NCBI RefSeq assembly: GCF_006345805.1
Contig: NC_043003.1
Coordinates: 28,520,001 to 28,584,000 of the forward strand
Reading direction: 5' to 3'
Length of the DNA stretch: 64,000 bases
DNA from: Octopus sinensis
Lineage: Eukaryota
Numbering within the stretch: position 1 is the stretch's first letter; each line of letters begins with the position of its first letter. Made by a program: the position numbers and the translations under genes. The notes below the pieces were generated by a model that did not search any database, was not told the origin of the DNA, and saw nothing but the letters and a program-made list of their open reading frames with translations. Positions 52,613 to 64,000 of the stretch are shown here, piece after piece.

Positions 52613-54113
52613 GTACATATATGCATATGTGTGCACACACGCACACGCACACGCGCGTACACACACATATAGGGAGAGATTAATTATAAAGACACACATA
52701 CACACACACACATACATACATACAGACAGACAGAAAAACACAAATGCAAGTATAAGTATATATATATGTGTGTGTGTGTGTGTTATTCAACCATCGATCC
52801 AACGAGGACTATCTTATGACTATAAGGCATTAGGGCCTTTTGAGTGCGCAGATGGCTAGCCTTTTCCGTTCACGCACGTGTCTTTTGCATTTGCAGTGTG
52901 GTTAGAGAATGCAAACGGCAGTTGGATATATGCTAGCATTTTCCTTTCTGGCCTGCCTGCGTTGCCTAGCTGCAATCACTCTGTTGGCATCACATGTCTC
53001 AGAACACTTTCAGAATACTGCATTACATTATCCAAAGCTGTCTGCTCTCACTCTTTGTGGTTGATATCGAGGGCCTTCAGCAAAGCTTTTATTATGACAT
53101 TTTAACGCCTTTTTTGCTAGATCCTCGGGAATGTTTAACGCAGCGGAATTTTCCAGACAACAGGGTTTTTATGTGTTTGAATGTGTGTGTGTTTGTGCGT
53201 GCGTGCGTGTATGTGTGGCGGGGAAGGATCCGATGGTTAGTCATGCGAACTACGTAACCAGCTCAGTACAGGAGTCAGTAGATGCTGGGTTAAAATATAC
53301 ATCATGGATAAACCACGTTTCGATAGCTTGAAATGGAGTTCGTACCACTTATTTTCTTTTTCACACTTTACATTCTGTAGTTGGTATAATTATTAATATC
53401 CAAACACTATCCGTTTACCTTTATAAAACATTATGTTTATTAATAAAACTATTCATATTTCCAATGAGACATTTTATGCTCCTTAATACCAACAACTTGT
53501 AAAGAAAGGCAAGCAATCACTGGTGTGTCTCCACTAACCGTTTCAACTCCTCACTTCAGTCTTTAAAATACGCCATTCAAAATAACGTTCTTCGTATTCT
53601 AGGTGTTGCCCTTATATGGAAATAACACGCAGAAGGTAGCGGCTATGGAAGTAGAAATAAGAAGGAAAAGAAATAGAGAAGTATGAATGGTAGGAGGTGG
53701 TGATTGAGGTGAATCATTTGTGGTTATCATATAATATGAGAAGGGTGACGATCTGGCAGAAGCGTTTGTAGGCCGGGCAAAACACTTAACGGCATGTCGT
53801 CCGCTTTTATGTTCCGAGTTCAAATTCCACCGAGGTCGACTTTGCCTTTCATCCACTTGAATATTGGAGTCGGTGTAATCAACTTACCCCTTCCCACGTA
53901 ATTGCTGGCCTTGTGCAAAAATTTGAAATCATTATATAATAAGAGAAGCAACAGTATTATTAGGAGACAATGAGAGAAGAAAGAAGAAGGAGTAATTCCG
54001 TGTGAAGTAGTGAAGCATTTTTAGCGTGACCAAGCAACCAACAAGGAATATTATTAGATATCTAATAATATTCCTATGAATATTATTTCTAATAATATAT
54101 CTATGAATAGATA

Positions 54114-54607
54114 CTAGTATTATAACCCGATTTCATTCGGCTCTACTCGGGATATATTTTAAAGATGAGGAATTTAAAAAATAAAACGAAAATGTTATTA
54201 AAAATTAAAAAGAAAATGAGGGCAAAAAGCACTCGTTTTTTCACAATGAAAAATCATTTCCTAGTAGCCGGAATTTCGCGACAAAATGTATGTTTATTAA
54301 GCACAACAGCCTGCAGTGCATGCCGCTGGGCATTAAAAGTCAATCACGCAAACTTGGGCCCCCTTGGGCCCCCTTGGGCAAACTTGGACTCTGGGCCCCC
54401 TTGAATCGATAAATAAATCACTCTTTTTGCCATAGCAACCACATCTTTATAGCTTGCGAATTTTAACCAGCGCAGGTCTCATCCTCACCATGCATTTAGT
54501 ATCCCTGCCAATTTCCAGCTCGATCCTAGCCTCGGTTTGGCCACCATTAACCGTCAAAGCAAAATGTGCATACAATTTTCGTCCAAGGACTGTTTTTGAG
54601 AAATAGA
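54114..54607 (-). mobile_element. probable non-autonomous Helitron (different family)
   Basis: Minus strand: 5' TC ... CCCGA-n-TCGGG hairpin then TTATAATACTAG; A|T flanks. Confidence 0.55.
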
Positions 54608-55522
54608 TTATTATTAGTGTGTCTATCGACTTATCAATGGGGAAATATGTTCCTGTTGTGTTCCTTGTGTTGTGTTTTTATTGTTGTTGTTGTTGTTTAA
54701 CCCTAAGTAGCTCGGGTCTAGCAAACCTATGATTAAAGTCATCCCGGCCGTGCTGATCCAGTCATGCAATACGCTCAGGACTGCATTATCTTGTGCGGCT
54801 TTCCAATAAAACAGTTGCAAGGGCTGTGAATCAGTACATGTTCGCTCTCTCTGTCTCTCTCTCAACGCGCGTGTGCTTTGTCAAAAATGGAGTTGCCAAT
54901 GTACAGATGTCCTATTACATAACACATCTCTAATATCAGTTGGATAATGTTAAATACGAACCTGCAAATAAAGCAAGAGGGTGCGGTTATTAAGGCTTTC
55001 AGGCTTAGCAGGGTTGGGTGGTCGTGTTTGACAGGACTCGGTGCCGAACCATCCACTGCAAAATAAACATACATTTAATGCCATTTTCATACTCTGCAAC
55101 AATGGATTTTCGTACTTCGTAGTTGCACACATACATAGACACACAGCAACACATACATAACATACACACACATACATACACGCACACACACGCTCACGCG
55201 CACACACGCTCACGCACACACACGCTCACGCACACACACGCTCACGCACACACACGCTCACGCACACACACACAAATAAACATATAGGTATTTCAGGTTT
55301 TGGGTGTATACAGGGTATATGTTTGTACAAATACTCACATAAATATTAACATATATATTATACACGTATAAATGCACACATACAAACATACATACATGTA
55401 TATATATACATACATGCATATATATATATACATGCATACACAAGTATATATATTTATTTATTTATTTATATGTATGTTTGTATGTATGTACAAATATAGA
55501 TATATGTATATATATTGTATAT

Positions 55523-55553
<31 letters not shown>

Positions 55554-57140
55554 GCATATATGCATTCACAAACATACATGCATACACATACAACACATAT
55601 ACTCTCTCTCTTTTTTTTTACTCTTTTACTTGTTTCAGTCATTTGACTGCGGCCATGCTGGAGCACCACCTTTCAGTACTTATTCTATCGGTCTCTTTTT
55701 GCCGAACCGCTAAGTGACGGGGACGTAAACACACCAGCATCGATTGTCAAGCAATGCTAGGGGGACAAACACAGACACACAAACACACACACATATACAT
55801 ATATATACATATATACGACAGGCTTCTTTCAGTTTCCGTCTACCAAATCCACTCACAAGGCATTGGTCGGCCCGGGGCTATAGCAGAAGACACTTGCCCA
55901 AGATGCCACGCAGTGGGACTGAACCCGCAACCGTGTGGTTGGATAGCAAGCTACTTACCACACAGCCACTCCTACGTACATACATCGTAAAGTAAGAGTT
56001 GTAAAGTATATTGAAATATGCTGCATAACGTAAATATATAGGAATCCATGTGTTGGACTGGGTGGAGAAATATGTTTATTATATCAAAAGTTGACAGTTT
56101 ATACTGAATTTCATCAGAGAATGGGCTGTTCACACATGCACACACATACACACATACACAGAGGTGCATACACACACGTATACACATATATATTTATACT
56201 CAGGCTCATATATCATATATCAGCTCAATCAAGGCTAACCTAGGGTTAAAGAATTAGAAATAACGCTGACACTTTGACTAAATTCAGGGAATCTTTTAAC
56301 CTTGATAATAACCACCCTCCCATTAACCCATCCATTCATTATCCATCCATCCATCCATCCATAACCCTCACTTGTAATCTAAGATGACTTGGTAGGCTGT
56401 ACCATGCTTTCGCTTATTGTTTTAGGTGCGCGTATAGTCACGACCAGCTTCTTGTTCCTTTCATCCTTGTTCGAGAGGAACATCGAGAATGTGACAGCTG
56501 GAGGAGAGAGGCCTTCATTAACACTGACCTGGGTATTTTCTGCTGAGTATACCGGAGCGATGCTAAATAGAGCCCCTTGTTGAAGTTTGTAACGCACCAC
56601 CCTGTCCAGGCATCGAACCCATTACCGTTATAGTCGTGAGCTCAATATCTTAATCATTAAGCTACGCGCATTTACAACCTTGATAACAAACTCGTTTAAA
56701 TCTGTTGACCAAAACTCATTCAATAATGAGCTAATGAATGAAAGGAGTATCTTATTGCATGAGGGTGTAGAATTTAGTGAGTATTTCACGTGGCCGTATT
56801 ACAATACCGTCTGCAGAAAGGGTGGGGTTCTGTTACTTAAAAAAGGACGGAATCCATTTGGGAGAGCAAGATACTATTGTTGTTATGAATCATACATATG
56901 GCGGTGAATAGACGAGGGTGGGGCGAGTGAAAATACAAAATAAAGTTTAAAAGAAAATCAAACAAGTACAACAAACAAAATACATAAAATAATAAAATAA
57001 AATACTCCTTAGTGTGAAACGCATCAGATCTAAAATTCATTGAGAAGGCCTGTTGCTATTGCTATCAACTTACTTGCAAGATGTATTTCTGTTTCTGTGA
57101 CAAAATTGTTACTTAATATATATATATATATGTATGTATA

Positions 57141-57800
57141 AAGGGTGTCCCCAAAAATATATCCACACAATGGTTATAGAGTTAGTGTTTATTAGAATAC
57201 ATTTCATTTTCAAAACTTTATAGATTAAAATTTTAATGTAGTTCTTTTATGAACGTCTGTTTTCAAACTGTTGACAACGCTTCTAGTTCAAGCACTGCTA
57301 ATAATGCAAAGGAATAGAATCACAAACGTAAAGAAACGTTTCATCCCGTATATATGTCATTCAATGGTCACTCATTTCATCGATTGTTGTCGTTTTACGG
57401 CTCTCTACCGTAAATTTTATCTTCGAAGTATCCCCTCAAAATATCTAGTGGCGTGAGGTCTGGAGACCTCCGTGGCTGTTTCTACTAAACCTCATCGTCG
57501 AATTCACCTGTTTTGGCAAAATCTCATCATTTCATACATGGTAGTTTGCTAGGTGCTCCTTCTTGTTGGAAATAAAACTCCATATCTTTAAATGCCCTCT
57601 TGAATTTTTGTATGGCAGTTTGTCGCAGAAAGTTCAAATAAATGAGATCTGTCATTGTTTTGTAAAAGAAAAAAACTATGGTCCTCTGATGATAAACTGC
57701 ACCATACTGTAGCTCCTAGTGAATTAATGTTTCAGGCCCATCTAGGTGAGAACATCTGATTGTTAAAAGACCCAAAACGTCAATGGCCCTAGGAAGGCAT
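57141..57800 (-). mobile_element. decayed Tc1/mariner-superfamily transposon 3' part (rosa/DD41D-like)
   Basis: Terminus AGGGTGTCCCCAAAAA; minus strand encodes FQQEGAP and RSPDLTPLD motifs. Right boundary and subfamily uncertain. Confidence 0.65.
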
Positions 57801-58928
57801 CACTGCTGATGTGTCCTGATACTAAAAAGAACGATGCATTGAAAAGCCACAACAAATTTTCTTCGTTTCCAATACAAAATCTCATAATATCCCAACATTA
57901 TAAAGGTCCTGGCACCGATACAGTTGTCAATATAATGATTATACAGCTGTGGGATGGTTTCAATGAACTGGGAAAATATTTACCCTTCAATGTGACTTAT
58001 AAAGTGTTTGGCGTAATTGGGTCCCATTCTAGTTCGCATAGCGTATTCACTGACTTATTTCTAAAATTCCAGAGAGAAAGAAAATCAATTAAGTGTTAGG
58101 ACGAGCTCAGCTAGGAGAAGGAGTGTAGTAGTACTAATCACAGGTAGAAATATTTAAGGGTTAACTGGACGTCTTGTGAGGAATAACGGTCTTGAGTGAT
58201 TTAATGTTTGGGCCCTTAAGACAGAAAAGAGAAAGAGTTCAAGAGGTTTAGGACATAGTTAGTGTCTTATGTGTGAGGGTTGCGCAGCGACGAAAGTTGA
58301 TGATATGTAAACGTACGATGATAGAAATTGCGTAAGGCAGTTACAGGCGGAGATGAGGTAGGGCGTCCTGGATTATCTGCGCGCGCGCGCATACACACAC
58401 ACACACACACATGTTTATAACAAAGCAAAGTTGTAAGGTACCGCACGAGTGGAAATATATTTGAAAGAAGGCCTGAAAATACAATTTTAAAGGTGTTTAT
58501 TCACTTGACCGGTTTCACTTTTTTTTAGCTACACACAAGACAAAATGTCAGAAAGACAGGTCAGTTATTCCTCTACAATTGCTTGTAAATTCTTAAATAT
58601 ATCTTCTTCTGTATATATATATATATATACTACTAAGCAAACATGATTTTTATTAAACTCATAATACTTTTTGGAGTCCCGTTCTGATTACTTTCTTAAA
58701 TACTTTCTTGTAAACTGTTTTTAACATTTCCTTATTATTGTCAAAGAATGTATATTTGTTTTTTAATACTTTTGTGATAACCAGTACTTAACACAACAAA
58801 GCTCATACACAGCTTTACATTTTACTTTTGACAATCTTTTCCTGAAAAAGTGAAACCGGTCAAGTGAATAAACATCTTTAAAATTGTATTTTCAAACCTT
58901 CATTCATTCACACACACACACACACACA

Positions 58929-58974
<46 letters not shown>

Positions 58975-59388
58975 GATGTACCGCGGCCATCACTTCTACA
59001 ACTACGAAGATTACAACCTCCACAAAATGTCCGATATCAAGTACTTCACATTCTCAAATACTGTGGAAAAAAAATGCACTGGCAGAATTGAAACCGGGCA
59101 TCTGGAATAGGAAACGCAGCAGAATGAAATTAAACCCCTCTGTGAGGCTTCTTTATAAATAGAACTGTACTCCACCCTTGTCAAATTTTGACTCAGTTTC
59201 TCCAAGATTTTGTGAAATTCTATCAACTTGCAAAGAATTTTGAAGATTTGTTTTCAATTACACAAAAAACCTTGGGAGTTGTTGCATTGCTTCTATAAAC
59301 TTTATTTTCTTGTTGTTGCTGTTGTTGCTGTTGTTGCTGTTGCATTTGCTGTTGCTGTTGTTATTGTTGTTGTTGTTGCTACTGCTGT

Positions 59389-59419
<31 letters not shown>

Positions 59420-59611
59420 ACAGTTGTTGATGCTATATTTATAACAAATCTTTAAAGCGTTTCTGAAATTGTAATAAATCGTCCAGTATTTCATATCATT
59501 TCTTTCTTCCTTCCTACCTTCCTTCTTTCTTTCCTTCTTTCCTTCCTTCCTTTCATCCTTCCTTCCTTCTTAGTTTTTCTTTCTTTAGTTTATCTATTTA
59601 TTCATTAACTT

Positions 59612-60115
59612 TTCTTTCTTTCTTTCTTTTTTTCATAATTTCTCATTCTTTCATTATTCATTTATATACTTATTCTACTTTTTCTTTCCTTTCCCCCTTC
59701 CTCTCCCCTTCTTTCTTTCGTTCTGATCTATTGTTCCATTCATTTCCTCTCACTTTCTTTTTATTTTCTTTCTTTTTTCCTTCCTATCTCCCGTTCTTTC
59801 TTTCATTTCTTCCTTGTTTCATTCATTATTTCTCTCTTCCCCTTCTCCTTCTTTCTTTCTTTCTTCTTTCTTTCTTTTTTTCATAATTTCTCATTCTTTC
59901 ATTATTCATTTATATACTTATTCTACTTTTTCTTTCCTTTCCCCCTTCCTCTCCCCTTCTTTCTTTCGTTCTGATCTATTGTTCCATTCATTTCCTCTCA
60001 CTTTCTTTTTATTTTCTTTCTTTTTTCCTTCCTATCTCCCGTTCTTTCTTTCATTTCTTTCCTTGTTTCATTCATTATTTCTCTCTTCCCCTTCTCCTTC
60101 TTTCTTTCTTTCTTT
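59612..60115. repeat. tandem duplication (period about 248 bp) within a pyrimidine-rich tract
   Basis: CATAATTTCTCATTC at 59634 and 59882 with colinear sequence following. Confidence 0.9.
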
Positions 60116-60426
60116 CTTTCTTTCTTTTCCCTATCCTTTCTCTCCTTTACTTCCTTCCTTCCTTCCTTCCTTCCTTCCTTCCTTCCTCTTTTCTGTACCT
60201 TCTTTCTTCCTTTTCTTTTGCCTTCTTTATTTCCCCGTTTTTTTTTTTTTACTTTTTTCTTCGGTCTTTCATTTTGTTTGTTATTCACATTTCATTGTTT
60301 CTTTTTATAGTTTTATAGCTTTTTTGTAGTTTTGTTGTTGCTGTAGTTGCTATAGCAGCCATTGTTGTTGCTGTTGTTGTTACTCCACTTCCTGTACAGT
60401 TTCATATGTCATTCGAATTACTTACA

Positions 60427-60477
<51 letters not shown>

Positions 60478-60967
60478 CTTCTTTAATATATTATCCGCCC
60501 AACAAGACAATACACAAATAAATAAATAAATGAAAATAAATAATCACACACACTCACATATATAATTGATATAAATATATATATAATTTAAATAAATGCG
60601 GTACTCCAGCATGGCCGCAGTCTAAAGGCTGAAGCAAATAAAAAAATATACACTCCGGTTTTCGAATGGTGCCGACCCTAAGAAATTCGAAACCGCTAAT
60701 GAGCATGTGAGTACGGCGTTAGTTTTCATTGTTACACTGTTGTCATAACTTGAGCCAGAAGGTACCAAGTAGAAAACTAAATCGGAAGCCTGTACACCGG
60801 TGCTTTTCAAACATTTACTGCCATCCCTTTTCTTTCACTAACCCCTTTTTTTCCAAATCTTCACTCATCATTGGTGCAGTTTAGCCCCCACCCCAAACGT
60901 CCGTAAATTTTAATGTACATGTCCATATTATCAAGCCAGTGTAATTTAATTTAATTCAGGATACTAG

Positions 60968-61009
<42 letters not shown>

Positions 61010-61029
61010 ATATATACACATAATATATA

Positions 61030-62193
61030 TACATAAGATATTTGAGGACATATTTATGCTTATAAAAAAAAAAATATATAATAACAGATAATAACTTTAC
61101 TTATCAGAAAATGCTATGAGGATAAAAAAAATAAACCTTTTCTATAATGTTATTCAATAAAGCCTCCTTCCGCTTCAACAATTGCTTCTACATGACGTCA
61201 TCTACATGCTCGAATCAAGAGGTCCTGGTTCACTTTAGACATTGCTCTGACTATGGCAGCTTTCAAAGAATCTTTGGTGTTATGGGCATGTTCATTGAAC
61301 TCTCTCTCAACAACGCCTCACATGTAATAATCCAATGGATTGAGATATGGGGAATTAGGAGGCCAATATTAGGAGTTATGTTGTCATGAAAATTTTCAGT
61401 CATCCATTCCTGTGTTACTAGAACCATGTGTGATTGTACAGAGTCTTACTGAAACACATATGTCCTTCCATTGCATACACTGTCTGTCCAGGGACTAGCA
61501 ATTATTTCTAGGACCTTAATGTAGGCGGTAGAGTTAACTCTAAGGCCTTGTGTAAATAAGTAAGGAGGCATCACATGTCCTTCATTGCTGACAACCCCTA
61601 AAACCATGACAGTTTCAGGTAATTTTGTATGCATAATCCTCGGAACTTCAGAAGGGTCTACACATAACTATCTGTCATTTCTTCGGTTAACTTTTTGGTC
61701 TTGAAGTTTTTCTCGTTTGAGAAAAACCAAATCAAATCTGCTGAAATTTTCAGTTTGTTTAAGAGCATTTTATATCTGATGTAGTGATTTTCTTTTGCTT
61801 TTTCTGACAAATTGACCATCCCTCATCATATAAGATGTTTTCGTGAGCAACATTTCTGACTGTTTCTTCTGACATGTGGAGATCTTTTGCAATTGGCCTC
61901 ATGGACGGTCTATTGAACTTGTTGGATAAATTCAGGTGTTCTGATGATTTCAAAGCATTTATAATGTTTTTTATGTTTTGATACTGGTGATACGTTTCCA
62001 TCTAGCTCCATACAAACTTTGTAGATGAAAGAACTGGCAACTTTTAAAACCACAATAACAGCATGCCTCTTCATTTCTTGAGTAAACTGAGCGTCTCACA
62101 TTATTATTTTCTGAAACAAAGATTATACAGAATTAGCAAAAAATGCAGCAATGACCCCAAAAAGATATGTCCTCAAATACCTAACTCACCCTG
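61030..62193 (-). mobile_element. decayed maT/DD37D-like transposon
   Basis: ORF TKLPETVMVLGVVSNEGHVMPP...YVFQ and downstream PPNSPYLNPLDY; TIR remnants TATTTGAGGACATAT / ATATGTCCTCAAATA...CACCCTG-TA. Confidence 0.75.
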
Positions 62194-64000
62194 TATATAT
62201 ATGTGTGTGCGTGTGTGTGTGTGTGTGTGCGCGCAGGAGTGGCAGTGTGGTAAGTAGCTTGCTTCCCAACTACATGCGTCAGGATTCAGTCTCACTGCGT
62301 TGCACCTTGGGCAAGTGTCTTCTACTATATCTTCAGGCCAGCCAACTATATCTAAGCAAATGATGTTCCCAAAATGCATTATCAACACTATAACATATTC
62401 AGAACACTTTCAAAATATTATCTCCGATCTCTTTGAGTATGTAAAAGACAAATTTAGGTGGAGAAAAATGGGTAAGAAAAGATGAGATTTTCCTGTTCAA
62501 TTCTGTAGGATTGCATTTGAAAAAGGACTCATACACATCAATATCCATCTCGAAACAGAAAGATCAGAAATGCGACAAATATTTGAAATATGTAGGTCAA
62601 ATGGAAAGAAATGTGGAAAAATGGCACATGATGTGAAATTAACGTAACTCAAAACTAAATCTAAAAACACAATATAAAATATTATCTGTAGATTCTTCAC
62701 CATCTTCCGGAGTGGCTCTCTTCCTGAAATATCCACACACCATGCAATTAAAGAGAGGAAATTATTGAAACTAGACTCTGCTCATTTTGCCACACTTTAG
62801 ACATCATTTTTTTGAAAATTGAAATTATCAAATAAGACATTAGTGTAGGGAAAAAAAATTGACTAAGAATCTAACCGAGAAAATAATATTGAGTGTTGAA
62901 CATCAGATATTCTCCAGACATTTTATTAGCAGCCTAGATTACAATTGGGTCTATGATGAGAAAAAATTTCTTGAAAAACGAAAGTACCTGACACCTGACT
63001 ATGTTTCAAATTCTCAACTTCAACAACAACGGTGCTGACCAGTTTTAACTCCAAAAGATGATGCAAGAGTACAAAATGATGATGCAATACTTGCAATGTA
63101 ATGATTTCAAATATGCAGTGAGAAAATAACGGGAAATCGGAAATTACATATTTTGCTGCAGTTACCAATTTTGTCCCCTCACGCCTCTTTTTTATTTACT
63201 GTTGATGGAATGCTTAGCGGCGTTTCGTCCGTTATTATGTTCTGAGTTCAAATGCGACCGTGGCAGACTTTGCCTTGCATCCCTTCGAGGTCTATAAAAT
63301 AATGTACCAGTTAAGATCTGAGATAGAAAATATTAACTAACTCTTCCCTACAACATTCCTGATCCTGTACCAAATTTTGAAACCGTTAAGGACGATGAGC
63401 GGGCAAAATGGTGTTGCCAGAAAATATATGTTTTGTGATATTTGTTCCGGCTCTTTACATTCTGTGTTCAAGTTCTGCTGGGGTCAACCTTGCGTTTTAT
63501 CCTTTCGTAGGATCAACTGAATATAGTACCAAGGACCGGGGTTGATTTAATCGACTAATACCCTCCCCACAATACTGTTGGCCTTGTGCTTCAATCAGAA
63601 ACTAATATCATTGTCGTTGATATTGTAGTGATTGTGGATAACAAGTAGCTTATCTACTGGTACTTATTTTATCGACCCCGAAATGAAGAAAGGCAAAATT
63701 TGCCTCGGCATAATTTGAAGTCAGAACGTAAAGATGAACGAAATACCGCTAAGCATTTCGCCCAGCGAATTCTTATTTCTATACTGCCCACAAGGGGCTA
63801 CACACAGACGGGACAAACAAACGGATTAAGTCGATTATATCGACCCCAGTGCGTAACTGGTACTTATTTAATCGACCCCGAAAGGATAAAAGGCAAAGTC
63901 GACCTCGGCGGAATTTGAACTCAGAACATAGCGGAAGACGAAATACCGCTAAGCATTTCGCCCGGCGTGCTAACGATTCTGCCAACCTACCACCTTTCAG

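Noticed and set aside
62345-63185. Possible DNA transposon remnant
   Set aside because: No paired TIR or catalytic motif could be confirmed.

Overview
AT-rich, repeat-saturated eukaryotic genomic DNA. The SINE, Helitron and microsatellite content resembles what I recall for coleoid cephalopods (Octopus); this is an inference. No host protein-coding gene is supported. The main host feature is a dispersed cluster of initiator tRNA-Met (CAT) genes between about 1 and 44 kb: 8 full-length copies, one full-length variant with an AAT anticodon, and about 10 decayed relics. The cluster grew by local direct and inverted duplications, and five copies share an upstream motif at exactly -54. The rest is mobile DNA: three tRNA-derived SINE families, non-autonomous Helitrons, decayed Tc1/mariner-superfamily elements and a MITE, CR1-like and RTE-like LINE fragments, a Gypsy gag-protease relic, and a Penelope-like (GIY-YIG) element with a hammerhead motif. 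Three items stand out. (i) A short element joins a tRNA-type Pol III head to a hammerhead-ribozyme tail and has Penelope-style inverted ends. (ii) A (TA)n-embedded fold-back family forms near-perfect 196 bp and 110 bp hairpins with a conserved G-quadruplex motif. (iii) One initiator-type tRNA has a shifted anticodon. All alignments were done by eye, so boundaries of degenerate elements are approximate.
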